Shown: positions 10,883-21,170 of the stretch, in pieces
How the letters are laid out: each line of letters opens with the position of its first letter
Numbering within the stretch: position 1 is the first letter of the stretch
IMG/VR virus record: IMGVR_UViG_3300047282_000491
Coordinates: 1-38,830 of that record
Source: a virus
Lineage: Duplodnaviria > Caudoviricetes
DNA: 38,830 bases
Reading direction: 5' to 3' (one strand)
Translations under genes and position numbers: made by a program
Notes under the pieces: generated by a model
Databases searched by the model: none
Seen by the model: the letters and a program-made list of their open reading frames with translations, nothing else
What the model was told of the DNA's origin: nothing

Positions 10883-13800
10883 TATCCTCTACCTACTCCA
10901 AGAGAAATTTCTCTTAATTGCATTTCTTTTCTAATTGCCTTTGCTACATCATTTGCATCAAGGTTTGTTCCGTTTAATTCTACATTTATATTATACAATG
11001 CATTTCCATAGTTTCTTCTATTTGGAGTAACCATACCGCCACCAGCGTACTTTACTGGGCCGCCCATATTATATCTAGGCATAGAAACTTTGCCTCCGAA
11101 ATTATATTTTGGAGTTAATATGTAGCCATTTCCTTGTACATAGCTACCTACTGTATATCTTTTACCATCTTGTCCTTCAATAACTTGACCAAACTTGATT
11201 CCCTTTTTCTTAATATCACTTTCATTTGCATATGATTTAGAATATGTAACTCCTCCATATGTGTAACTTGAACTCGTAACTTTTAATTTAGCTACAGGAG
11301 CGTTATCTGCCTTATCTCCCTTAATTGCAGCAACAACATCAGATAATTTTTTACCGCCAGCAATGCCAGTTACTATTAAATTAGCCTGTTGATTTACTAT
11401 TGCTAAATCTTTATTTAGTTGAGTATTAAGTTGTCCTTGGCCTGACATATAATTAAGATCTGAAAGATGTGATGGTTGACCCTTAACTGTAGTAGTTGGA
11501 GTAAAGTTTTTAGCTGCAGCTCCATTTGCAGTAAATGCCCAATCAAATGCTGATCTTATTTCTTTTCCTAAAGCTGTTTGCTTTAGGCCAGCCTTCTGCA
11601 AATCTGCTATAAATGTATTTATAGCTTGTTGATTTTTCTGTAATCCCTCATAATTATCTGCAGATATAGTTGATCTTTCTCTTAGTAAAGCCTGATAATC
11701 ATCAGAATATTTTTGAAGCGCAGCTGCAGTTTCAGCAGCATTTGCAGCACTATATTGTGCATCTTGGAAATTTTGTGTTTGTTTATTTTGAGATGTCTGA
11801 ATGCCTTCTATTTGTGTTTGTATAGGCTTCTTTTTCTTTTCAGCAGCGTCAGTTATTGCTTGCTCTGCAAGCGCAGCTTGACGATCTTTTGTTAATTGTT
11901 GAATATCTAATTGTGCTTTTGCTGCTGAAGCGCTGTCTCCACGAGCTAATGCATCCTGATATTCTAACTGTAATTTTTGAAGTTGCAGTTGATAATTTTC
12001 TTTTTCTTGTGTTGCTCTTAATGCTTTTAATTTTGCATCTGCTTCATCTTCAATTAATTTAATTTTTTTATTTAATAAATCAATTTCTTTTTGAGCATTT
12101 CTTTGTGATATTTGAGCTGCTCTTTGTGCCTTAGCTCCAACAGCATCTTGTATTTTTTGTAATCTAGATAATGCTGAACCAATTTTTCCAAATGTGCTAT
12201 CTGTTCCTCCAGCTTTTTCTAACTTAGTTACAGCGCTATCAAATGCTGAATTCCAAGCAACTAAGGCTGTGGCTGTTTCTGAACTCATATCTTTTAGTTC
12301 AAAATTTGTATTTTGTACATATAGTTGCCATTTAGCAATAGATCCACCTATTGTATCTGTAGCATTTAAAATACCTTGCAATTCTTTTGGTAGAGCTCCA
12401 AAAGCTTTTACACCTATCTCTGTATTAAATCCAGACATGCTGGACATTTCTTTCATAACTGTATTTAATGCCATAGCTTCGTCTATTACTTCACCTTCAG
12501 CATTTTTTGTTCCAATTAAAGATTTTACTGCACTATCGGCATTATTCATTAAATAAGTAAATCCTTCAGTCATTTTAATTCCGAACTGATCTCCAGGATT
12601 ATTTATTTCATCTCTTAGTTGTTTAAATAATTGTCTTGCAGCACTTGCTCTATCTGTCATATCTCTAAATCCACTATTTGAGAAAACTCTAAATGCTTTA
12701 TCTGCATGGTTAGACGCAGCAACCATGCCAAGAATTGCTTTATTTGTTTCTTCAACAGATTTACCAGCACCTAACATTTGAGCTTTAATATTAAGCATTA
12801 AAGGAACAAAGTTTGAATCGTCCGCTCTATTCATAGTTTCAATTAATTCGCCAAATTGTTTTTTAGCACTTTCTGTTAATTGAGCCATTTCTTCTGGTTT
12901 CATCATTAAACCAGGAACACCTGTCATTCCACTAAATCTACTTGCATTTGCTGCCGCATTTGCTGCATTAATCGCTTTCATTTTTTCTGACAAATCTATG
13001 TATTGTATTCCTAATTGTTCAGCAGCCTTTTTAGTCATACCAAATCTATTTGTAGCATCCTGATTCCAGTTATCCATTAACTTTCTAACAGCAATAATTG
13101 CAACAGTTGCTGCTGTTAATGCGCCAGAAAATGCTAAGAATTTTGCAGGGCTAAGGAATTTAAATAATAAAGATGCATTTCTAGCCTCTGCCATCCCAGT
13201 TCCAGCTTTAGATGCCGCCCTCATTGCCATTAAGTTATTAATACCCTTAACTGCTGGACCCATCATGAATGGTAATGTTGATCCTGCTACCATAGCAACC
13301 ATTCCTGCTGTTTGTGGATTCATTCCTAAATATCTCTTTGATGGGTCTTGCTGCATTAATGCCATTCCGCCAACCTGACTGCCCATCATTAATCCCATTT
13401 GAGTTCCCATTCCCATTTGGAAATTTTTTCTATAACCCAATTCAGCAGCCTGTGCTCTTGTTATTGACTTAAATGATCCTTCAGCAGTACCTTCTCCTGG
13501 AACAAACTGCATATATTCATTTTTACGAAGACCATATATTCCAGCAGCTTTTCTTTGATAAATTCCACGATCTTGATCTACAATTTTCCAAGAAGAAGCA
13601 TATCTTCCAGCTTGACGCATTGCATCTTTACCAATTCCTTGTTGACCCAATAATCTTGCAAGTCTTGACTGCTGGAATCCTGTGCCTAGATATTTACCTT
13701 CTGAATCATAATTAGACATAAGAGAAATTGTTTCATATGCTTTAGTTCCAGTTAAGTTCCCAAAAGCTGGCAATGGTCTTCCCATTGGATCTAAAAAGTT

Positions 13801-16800
13801 TCTACCTGCTAATGCTGCTGCAGCCGCATTAAATCTATTACTATATGTTGGAATAGTAGCAACTTCTCTTCCATAAATTTTACCTTTTCCAGGAACATGT
13901 ACTAATTCTCTGCTTCCAGATAATTTAGGGGGCTGGACCATAACCTTTGTCTGGTATAAAATTGCATGCTTTAATGCATTAAGTGGTTTTTCTAATTTTT
14001 CTGCTATCTTGTCTAATGCTGATATTCCTCTTGGAAACATATTTCCAATTTTTAATGCATTTACCATTTCCAAAGATCCTGGATTCCATGACGAGACTAA
14101 TGCATTACCTCTAACTACGCCACCCTTTTCGCTAAATCCTTGGTAAGGAACCTTATCTACTGACATTGGTGCAAATGTTTCTATTCCCTTACGAGCAAAA
14201 GGATTACCAATTGCTAGCATTTCGTGATATAGTTTTGTTCCTAATAATGGAATTGATCTTGGAACAGTTCTTATTTGTCCAGTAGGATCAAACGTAGAAT
14301 AGTGAGGGGAAGGTTTTACTACAGATGTAGATTCTCTATCTATTAAAAGATTTTGTCTAGCTTGTTCTCTAACAAGTTTTGCCTCATCCCTTGCCTTTAT
14401 CTGATCAGCTCTTACTTGTGGATTTCCAGATCTTACTCCACGGTTACTCTTGCCATAAGCAGTTCTACCTGGAACAACAATTCCACCACCCATATTAAAT
14501 CCTGGTCTAGACCATGGTGTTGATATTCCTGTTCCGTCGATTCCTAAAACTTTACCAACACTATATCCTTGAGGAATTCCAAGTCTTGATTGTGCTGTTA
14601 TGAAATCATTTTGGAAGTTTCCAGTATTTGGAATTGTTACCTGTTTTGTACCAGACCAACCTCTTCCAGACATTTCAAATGTCCATGTATCAAATTTACC
14701 TTTCCTTGATGGATCATTGTATGATTTTAATATATTTGCTACAGTTAGGTCTCTTCCAAGTAATGGAGTTTTTGATAGTCTACCTGCCATGAACTCTTGT
14801 CTTCTGGCAATCATTTGAGAAACTCCGCCACCAAAACTAAATCTAGGAACTCTTCTTCCTACCATTCCGCCTCTGTTATATTTTGGAGCAGAATGTAAAG
14901 AATGATAATTACCCCAATTAACTTTCATTCCATCGTCAAATCTTTGTAATAACGCTAAATACGGACCTCTATCTGATTCAGGTATTGATTCTATAAACTT
15001 TAATAATTTTGGACGCATTGATTTCATAGCAGATTTCATTTTTGCATCATACTGTCTAGGTGTCATTTTCTTTGCTACTGAAGATGTATTATGTGCAAAA
15101 TCTTTTCTAGCTCCTCCACGTACTCCAAGTAAATTAATTAATGCCTGTTGTTCCATAGAATGCATATTTGTAGCATATGCATTATTCATAGAAGCTCTAG
15201 AAAATACACCTGCTGGACCAACGTCTGCTAATACATTTCCAAATACATTTGTTTTTGATAAATCCTTATTGCCCATAACTAAAGAAGCAATTGTTTGTCT
15301 TATCATTTGATCTTGAGTAAATTTAGTGCCGCCCGCCGAAAATATAGGATTGAATGGAGATTCAAGTCCAAGCAATTTAGACTTACCTGTTGGATCTAAC
15401 GGATTTCTAATTGTTCTAATTGTTTGTATTGGAGAATCTAATCCAAATACTTCTCTCGCCATTCTAGTTCCATACATTTCCGCCTTAGCAGATATCTCAT
15501 TTGGAACCCCTTTAAAGAATACTAAGTCTCCATTTTCATTTTTATATAATCCAGAAACTCCAGGAATTGGGAAACTCTTACCCGAGCTTGGGGCTATTTG
15601 ATGACTATATCCAGCAACTGGCATTTTAGCAAAGCTTCCTAGCGCTTCTTTGCTAGACATTTGTTTTGCTTGTTTTAAAATATTTAGCATACTGCTAGCA
15701 TTAATTAAACCTATTGGATTACCGTAATATCTTTTTCCTCTTCCAATTGGACCGCCATAATTTGCAGCCATAGCTGGGAATAATGTTCTTACGTTTCTAG
15801 CACCACCAATACCTTGCAAATATTTTTTACCAGGCTGCACTATTTGTCTAAATATTTGTGGAAGCGATGTTATGCCCATAGATTGCATAGCAATTAAATC
15901 TTGCATGCTAAACCCAAGATTTTTCATCAAAGACTTATTGTATATGTCTAACCCTCTATCTGATTTAATTAATTGATCTGGATATAAACTAAATCCTCTT
16001 AAGCTTTCTGGAACTTCATTTCTACGGAACTGAAGAGTTCTACTTAATTGATTTGAGGCTTGATTAATATCATATTCTCCCCACATTGCCTGTCCATAAT
16101 TCCCTCTAGCTCTATAATTCCATGTTGCTTGCGGAAGAGTATGCTCAGTGACCATTCGTTGACCAAGTCCTGCTAAATTAATATTTCCTTTTTTATCTAG
16201 AATGCCTAGAGATTTAAATATTCTTTGAACATGGGCTTTGCCGCCTAAAGAATCTGCATTATCTAATAAAAACTTAATAGTTTTTTCATTTGGTAAAACT
16301 GCTGGAGTTCTTGGGGATATAACTCCTAGTCTGCCTTGTAATTCTTTATCTAATAATTTAAATTGAGCTTCCCTATTTTGTTTCCACAATTTATTATTTA
16401 TTGATCCAGTATATGGGCCAGATGTGTATAGTGATGCTTTTGCCGCATCATCAAAATCTTTAGTTGCACGTGCAAGTGCCAAATCTCTTGGCAAGCCTCT
16501 TTCTGATAGTATCGTGGCATCATGCATAATAGATCTAGCTCTATATTCTGCTCCCCAACCTAATTGTCCAGTTGCTGAATTTATGCCACCAGAAGCGGTT
16601 CTTGCTCCAACATATCTTCTATTTATCATATTTAATCTAGAAAATGCTGACCAGAATGGCATGCCATAAGTTTTAGTATTTCTCATAATCTGTCCGCCAA
16701 AATTATATCCATTGTTAGCTGCATCTACTGCTTCATATAAGCCTGGAATTTTATGAATATTTGGTCCAAATACTGTTTCTTTTGGAGTTAATGCTGCTGT

Positions 16801-19716
16801 TATTTCTCCACCATCATTATATGTAAGTGGTGCCATTGCAACCAAATCTCTATTTGATGGATTTAAAGATGCTGATTGATTTAATACATACCCTCCGAGT
16901 GGCACCGATCCTAGTCTATCGTCATAGCCAATAGAAGAAGGCCCTGAGACTTGTGTTTTATTTGGCCCAAATGATTCTATTTCTCCGTAGTTAGGTCTAG
17001 AAAATACAATATCTCCGCCTTGTTTAAATCTTGGTATTCTAGTTGTATGTATACTATATGGAGCGCCGAATGTTCTAATGCCACGAAGTCTACCAAATTC
17101 TTCCATGACAGCCTTATTGTTTTCTTTTTTGTATAAATCTCTTAATGTAAATTGGCCGCTAGCATCAACAACTGGTTGATTCATTAATGGAGCTTTATAA
17201 AAATCAATTGTTCTTCCACGTGCTCCTGCATACATGCTAATTTCAGACATTAACGATTGTTCTAATTGTGCATTAACCGCTAATATTTGTGCCTTAGCAG
17301 TATCAACTGTTATTTTACCTGCACGTAACTCAGCAACAATTGCAGCTGATTGAGTTGCAGCATTTTGACTTAATCTAGATGTTATTGGCAATATATCATC
17401 AAAAGTATCTAGCAACTGAGAACTGACTGTTCCACCTAAAGCAATTGTTTTCTTTAATGCTGCGACTTCTGCTTCTGTTTGCATACCTAGCGTAGCCATT
17501 AATGCATGGAATCTAGCAGCTTCAGAAGCAACTATACCAGTAGATACGCCTTTTATTGCAGTAACTCCTGGAACATGTGGAAGAGCATCGTCCATATATA
17601 TTTGCATATTTCTTCCAATTGCCTGATTAACTGGAGTTGCGCCTGGAACTCCTCCAAATATTGAAGCAGGTCTTGCTGGATCTCTTGGAATAATGTGAGA
17701 CATAGATCTTGTATCTTTTGCACCAGCATAAACATTTGTTGGATCTACTGTACGTCTACCCATAATAGGATTGCCCATGGGTGTTGTTACTGTTGGATTT
17801 AATGGGATAACTCCACCAACCATGGCTTGCTGTAATGTTCTATAATCTGTTACTAATTTCGTTAATGCCCCGTGTAATACTTCTGCTGCAGCTGCATCTG
17901 AGTAAAAAGACTTTTCTACCATTTGTGCTGCTTTTTCTGCAGCTATCATTTCTGGTGTAAGCATCTTCCAGCCACGCATTCCCATGAAGAAAGATCTTAA
18001 TGAAACTATTCCTTTAGTTATATATCCAAAGAAGTTGGCTAAAACACCAGTCAACATAATTATAGGACCAATTACTGCAGTAAATCCTCCAAGATAAGTC
18101 ACTGCCTTTTTAATTGGATCTGGTAAATTATTAAAAAAGTCTAATACCTTTGTAAATGCATTAATAAATTTAGTTGCTACGCCTAAAAATTCTTCACCAA
18201 CATCTGCAAGACTTGCTCTTAATCCTTCAATAGCTCTTCTATACTTACCAGATGCTGACTCCGTTACTAAACTTAATTCTCGACCCGCTACATCTGCTAA
18301 TTGAGAAGCACTAGCATTCATTAAATTCATAACCTGTAAAGTTTGACTTCCTTCTTTACCTAGGTTATTGAATAGTGCAGCCATTCTAGCAAATTGGAAT
18401 TTACCAAACATTTGCTCTAGCGCTCTTGCTTTACTTAATGGATCTAAGCCATCTAAAGCCTTTTGCAAATCCATAATCATTGCAGTAGTGTCTCCAGTAT
18501 TTCTCTGAACCATACCCATAATATCAATACCAAAATCTGACATTACTCCGATTGTTTGCTTTGTTGGATTAATCATAGATGCTAAACCAGACTTTAATGC
18601 GTTTGCTGCTTCTGAAGCATTAACTCCACCTTCACGCATTGCAGTTAAATAAAGAGCAAGATCTTCTACACTTCCGCCTAATTGTTTAATAACAGTACCA
18701 GCTTTTGGAATTGCTTCTACAAGGTCATTTAGTGTTGTTGATGTTTGGTTTTCTACTGCGTTTAAAAAGTTAATTGATTCTGTTAATTCTTGAGTATTTG
18801 ATTTAAAGGCTGTTTGTATAGCTAACGTAGCCTTCATGGCTTCAGCTCTATCAACTTCACCCAAAACAGCAAGCCTTGTTGTTTCCTTTAATGAGCTTAA
18901 AAGCTGATTTCCTTGCTGTCCTGTTGCTGCAATATCAGCAGCTAATCCAATTGTTTCTTTAAAAGATACACCCATAGCAGAAGACAATTCTTTTGCTGTT
19001 TTTGTTACATCTTGTCTAATTTTTTGTAAATCTGTAGAAGCTGTTCCAGATATATCTCCATACACCTTAACTAATCTTGTTAATTCTTGATCTGCTTCTC
19101 TAAATGCTTTTGCTGCTGCCGATCCAAACATAGCCATAGGAACGGTTAGGCCTACTGTTAGCTGACGACCTGCCCATTGAGTATTTTTACCCCAGTTAAT
19201 TAATGCTGTAGATCCTTGAGCTAAAGCTCTATTCATAATCATGGTTTCCATGTTAGCTAGCTGCATCTTGCTCTTTACAGCGTCTAGCCCTCTTGGAATC
19301 ATTACATTGTATTGCATTAAACCTTGAGCATTTCTACCCAAAGGTTGTAGAATAGAATTTTGTAACATGACTTGCTCTTTAGCAAGTTCTCTCATCATAC
19401 CGCCAGTAGTAGAAAGATGAGTTCTAAATGTTTGGAAATAGTCTCTAAGCTTTAATCTTCCTGCATCTAAATTTTTACCAAATTTATCTACATCTGATTG
19501 TAAGTTGACGAAATGACTTGAATACATTCCGCTTTTAGTAAGTGTGTCTCTAAAAGCATTTTGTGCAACTTTAGTAGAAGCTGCTATAGATTTATTTGAT
19601 GTAAGTAATTCTCTTTGTAATTGTTGTAAACTTGCTGTAGCCCTGTGTACTTCAGACACAAGGCTTGACAAGTCAGCTTTGGCGACTATACTCGTTACAA
19701 TTTGTTCGTCAGCCAT
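10882..19716 (-). CDS. Tape measure protein (TP901-family core) with inserted cargo domains
   Basis: 2944 aa following the tail chaperones. The N-terminal region is a phage tape-measure core (LTVGLTVPM, LNAVENQT, GVNASEAANALKS). It also has hydrophobic TM-like segments and a C-terminal coiled coil. Confidence 0.95.
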   Translation of the reverse strand: MADEQIVTSIVAKADLSSLVSEVHRATASLQQLQRELLTSNKSIAASTKVAQNAFRDTLTKSGMYSSHFVNLQSDVDKFGKNLDAGRLKLRDYFQTFRTHLSTTGGMMRELAKEQVMLQNSILQPLGRNAQGLMQYNVMIPRGLDAVKSKMQLANMETMIMNRALAQGSTALINWGKNTQWAGRQLTVGLTVPMAMFGSAAAKAFREADQELTRLVKVYGDISGTASTDLQKIRQDVTKTAKELSSAMGVSFKETIGLAADIAATGQQGNQLLSSLKETTRLAVLGEVDRAEAMKATLAIQTAFKSNTQELTESINFLNAVENQTSTTLNDLVEAIPKAGTVIKQLGGSVEDLALYLTAMREGGVNASEAANALKSGLASMINPTKQTIGVMSDFGIDIMGMVQRNTGDTTAMIMDLQKALDGLDPLSKARALEQMFGKFQFARMAALFNNLGKEGSQTLQVMNLMNASASQLADVAGRELSLVTESASGKYRRAIEGLRASLADVGEEFLGVATKFINAFTKVLDFFNNLPDPIKKAVTYLGGFTAVIGPIIMLTGVLANFFGYITKGIVSLRSFFMGMRGWKMLTPEMIAAEKAAQMVEKSFYSDAAAAEVLHGALTKLVTDYRTLQQAMVGGVIPLNPTVTTPMGNPIMGRRTVDPTNVYAGAKDTRSMSHIIPRDPARPASIFGGVPGATPVNQAIGRNMQIYMDDALPHVPGVTAIKGVSTGIVASEAARFHALMATLGMQTEAEVAALKKTIALGGTVSSQLLDTFDDILPITSRLSQNAATQSAAIVAELRAGKITVDTAKAQILAVNAQLEQSLMSEISMYAGARGRTIDFYKAPLMNQPVVDASGQFTLRDLYKKENNKAVMEEFGRLRGIRTFGAPYSIHTTRIPRFKQGGDIVFSRPNYGEIESFGPNKTQVSGPSSIGYDDRLGSVPLGGYVLNQSASLNPSNRDLVAMAPLTYNDGGEITAALTPKETVFGPNIHKIPGLYEAVDAANNGYNFGGQIMRNTKTYGMPFWSAFSRLNMINRRYVGARTASGGINSATGQLGWGAEYRARSIMHDATILSERGLPRDLALARATKDFDDAAKASLYTSGPYTGSINNKLWKQNREAQFKLLDKELQGRLGVISPRTPAVLPNEKTIKFLLDNADSLGGKAHVQRIFKSLGILDKKGNINLAGLGQRMVTEHTLPQATWNYRARGNYGQAMWGEYDINQASNQLSRTLQFRRNEVPESLRGFSLYPDQLIKSDRGLDIYNKSLMKNLGFSMQDLIAMQSMGITSLPQIFRQIVQPGKKYLQGIGGARNVRTLFPAMAANYGGPIGRGKRYYGNPIGLINASSMLNILKQAKQMSSKEALGSFAKMPVAGYSHQIAPSSGKSFPIPGVSGLYKNENGDLVFFKGVPNEISAKAEMYGTRMAREVFGLDSPIQTIRTIRNPLDPTGKSKLLGLESPFNPIFSAGGTKFTQDQMIRQTIASLVMGNKDLSKTNVFGNVLADVGPAGVFSRASMNNAYATNMHSMEQQALINLLGVRGGARKDFAHNTSSVAKKMTPRQYDAKMKSAMKSMRPKLLKFIESIPESDRGPYLALLQRFDDGMKVNWGNYHSLHSAPKYNRGGMVGRRVPRFSFGGGVSQMIARRQEFMAGRLSKTPLLGRDLTVANILKSYNDPSRKGKFDTWTFEMSGRGWSGTKQVTIPNTGNFQNDFITAQSRLGIPQGYSVGKVLGIDGTGISTPWSRPGFNMGGGIVVPGRTAYGKSNRGVRSGNPQVRADQIKARDEAKLVREQARQNLLIDRESTSVVKPSPHYSTFDPTGQIRTVPRSIPLLGTKLYHEMLAIGNPFARKGIETFAPMSVDKVPYQGFSEKGGVVRGNALVSSWNPGSLEMVNALKIGNMFPRGISALDKIAEKLEKPLNALKHAILYQTKVMVQPPKLSGSRELVHVPGKGKIYGREVATIPTYSNRFNAAAAALAGRNFLDPMGRPLPAFGNLTGTKAYETISLMSNYDSEGKYLGTGFQQSRLARLLGQQGIGKDAMRQAGRYASSWKIVDQDRGIYQRKAAGIYGLRKNEYMQFVPGEGTAEGSFKSITRAQAAELGYRKNFQMGMGTQMGLMMGSQVGGMALMQQDPSKRYLGMNPQTAGMVAMVAGSTLPFMMGPAVKGINNLMAMRAASKAGTGMAEARNASLLFKFLSPAKFLAFSGALTAATVAIIAVRKLMDNWNQDATNRFGMTKKAAEQLGIQYIDLSEKMKAINAANAAANASRFSGMTGVPGLMMKPEEMAQLTESAKKQFGELIETMNRADDSNFVPLMLNIKAQMLGAGKSVEETNKAILGMVAASNHADKAFRVFSNSGFRDMTDRASAARQLFKQLRDEINNPGDQFGIKMTEGFTYLMNNADSAVKSLIGTKNAEGEVIDEAMALNTVMKEMSSMSGFNTEIGVKAFGALPKELQGILNATDTIGGSIAKWQLYVQNTNFELKDMSSETATALVAWNSAFDSAVTKLEKAGGTDSTFGKIGSALSRLQKIQDAVGAKAQRAAQISQRNAQKEIDLLNKKIKLIEDEADAKLKALRATQEKENYQLQLQKLQLEYQDALARGDSASAAKAQLDIQQLTKDRQAALAEQAITDAAEKKKKPIQTQIEGIQTSQNKQTQNFQDAQYSAANAAETAAALQKYSDDYQALLRERSTISADNYEGLQKNQQAINTFIADLQKAGLKQTALGKEIRSAFDWAFTANGAAAKNFTPTTTVKGQPSHLSDLNYMSGQGQLNTQLNKDLAIVNQQANLIVTGIAGGKKLSDVVAAIKGDKADNAPVAKLKVTSSSYTYGGVTYSKSYANESDIKKKGIKFGQVIEGQDGKRYTVGSYVQGNGYILTPKYNFGGKVSMPRYNMGGPVKYAGGGMVTPNRRNYGNALYNINVELNGTNLDANDVAKAIRKEMQLREISLGVGRG

Positions 19717-20081
19717 TAATTACTCCTCGAATAGCCAAGACCCATTCCGATTCCGAATCCAGCATCGCTGGCAAAAGATCCTTGTAGTGAAACTACGTCA
19801 TCTGCAGATGCAGTAATTCCAAGTGCCTTTCTTTTTACATCGTCGAAAGTCTTGCTTTCTGTTTTTGCTTCATCATCTAATTGTATTCCTTTTAGAGATG
19901 CTGCAAATTTTCGCTGGTTATGCTCTTTATCGTTCATTGCTTCCAATGTTCTTATGAGCTCAGGCATTGATAAATTTTCTTCTAACTCTTCGTAATTCTT
20001 CCAATGCCCAAGAAGAAATACTTGTCCTTCTAATGCGGCTAAGTCTAGTTCTGACCAGCTAGAACCGCTGCCGCTATCAGG
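19716..20081 (-). CDS. Tail assembly chaperone, -1 frameshifted C-terminal part (gpT-like portion of a gpGT fusion)
   Basis: The -1 frame is open from 20096 to 19716 (SWSELDLAALEGQVFLLGHWKNYEELEENLSMPEL...) and is entered through the slippery site CCCAAAC at 20087-20081. Confidence 0.85.
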   Translation of the reverse strand, partial: PDSGSGSSWSELDLAALEGQVFLLGHWKNYEELEENLSMPELIRTLEAMNDKEHNQRKFAASLKGIQLDDEAKTESKTFDDVKRKALGITASADDVVSLQGSFASDAGFGIGMGLGYSRSN

Positions 20082-20377
20082 TTTGGGTCGTCCATCTTAA
20101 TTCCACCACAAACTTCTAGAATGCGATTAATAGTAGGAACGTCTAAAGCGTCTTCAAGCTTATCTCTATCTGAAACAAGATCTGGTAATTGAGTTTCAAG
20201 TGCAACTGCACATGCATCAATCAGAATGCTAAGTGTAACATTTTCATCTGTTGAATCTTGTGTCTTTTTTACAACTTCCATGAATTTACGGAGTTGCTTG
20301 ATTGATAATGGTTTAAGTTTAGCCTTATCACCATTTTGTAATTCAATCTCTTCTACGTCGTATACTTTTGTAGCCAA
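20045..20377 (-). CDS. Tail assembly chaperone (gpG-like)
   Basis: 110 aa between major tail and tape measure. TTG start with an AAGGAGG Shine-Dalgarno; slippery heptamer near the 3' end. Confidence 0.88.
   Translation of the reverse strand: MATKVYDVEEIELQNGDKAKLKPLSIKQLRKFMEVVKKTQDSTDENVTLSILIDACAVALETQLPDLVSDRDKLEDALDVPTINRILEVCGGIKMDDPNLIAAAVLAGQN
20081..20087 (-). other. Programmed -1 ribosomal frameshift site C CCA AAC
   Basis: X XXY YYZ heptamer in the correct phase (GAC CCA AAC) at the canonical tail-chaperone position. Confidence 0.85.
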
Positions 20378-20404
20378 TTTATCCTCCTTAAGGATGTCTC
20401 AATT

Positions 20405-20433
20405 ATTATAACATAAGGATATTAAGACTACAA
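20405..20433 (-). promoter_or_regulatory. Sigma70/SigA-type promoter for the chaperone-tape measure operon
   Basis: TTGTAG-17 nt-TATAAT with a TGn extension (TGTTATAAT). Confidence 0.6.
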
Positions 20434-20460
20434 ATAAGAAACCCCCCATTTCTGGGGGGC
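20432..20460 (-). terminator. Intrinsic terminator after the major tail gene
   Basis: Minus strand GCCCCCCA-GAAA-TGGGGGGT followed by TTCTTATTT. Confidence 0.85.
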
Positions 20461-20489
20461 ACTTATTATTTAATAATTAAATTTAATTA

Positions 20490-21170
20490 TTAAGCCCAAG
20501 CACGGTCAATAATCAAACCATATTCTTGTCCAACTTTTGAAGCATCTGGAAGAAGACGGAATGTTACTGGGAATGTTGTTGGTGTAGTACGAGCCAAAGA
20601 GAACTGTGACTGTTGTACTGAAAGAACACGACGTGCATAATATACACGCTCTGTATTTGGAGAAGCTGTTGTTGGAGCTTGTCCAACTGCAATGAGCTGA
20701 CGCTCTGTTGGAGCTTCACCGAGTGCTCCACCCGCAAGGGCGAGAACATCATTTCCATTTTGTGTTCCTGAAGATGGTGATGTTAAAGTATCTGATCCCT
20801 GTCCAAATACAACTAGAACGTTTTCTAGTGTACCTTCAGACATTTCTGTTGCGATCATAACCTCCATCGCAGACTTGAACAGCTTAGCTGTGTCAAGTAG
20901 CTGATCGACGGTTACAGAATCATATGTTGGGTTATAAGTGATCTGAAGACCATTGTTTGTAAAACCAACGTTTCTGTAATAAAATGCACCAGAAGTTACA
21001 CCATTTAGTGTTTCAACATAAGACTTGCTTGTTTCATAAGCAGCCGCATCTGTTGAACCTGGTTCAGCATTTTCCTTGTATGCAGATCCCTCTGTAATAT
21101 CAATGTTTGAAATAAACAAAGGAGATGCACCAACGAGAATATTTTTAGCATTACCTGCTGATTGTGCCAT
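20490..21170 (-). CDS. Major tail (tube) protein
   Basis: 226 aa with NILVGA, VGFTNNGLQITY and FPVTFRLLPD motifs. Strong AGGAGG SD, own promoter and terminator, and directly upstream of the chaperones. Confidence 0.9.
   Translation of the reverse strand: MAQSAGNAKNILVGASPLFISNIDITEGSAYKENAEPGSTDAAAYETSKSYVETLNGVTSGAFYYRNVGFTNNGLQITYNPTYDSVTVDQLLDTAKLFKSAMEVMIATEMSEGTLENVLVVFGQGSDTLTSPSSGTQNGNDVLALAGGALGEAPTERQLIAVGQAPTTASPNTERVYYARRVLSVQQSQFSLARTTPTTFPVTFRLLPDASKVGQEYGLIIDRAWA

Noticed and set aside
19716-19967. Stand-alone 83-aa gene
   Set aside because: No SD is evident, and it is better explained as the -1 frameshift extension of the tail chaperone.
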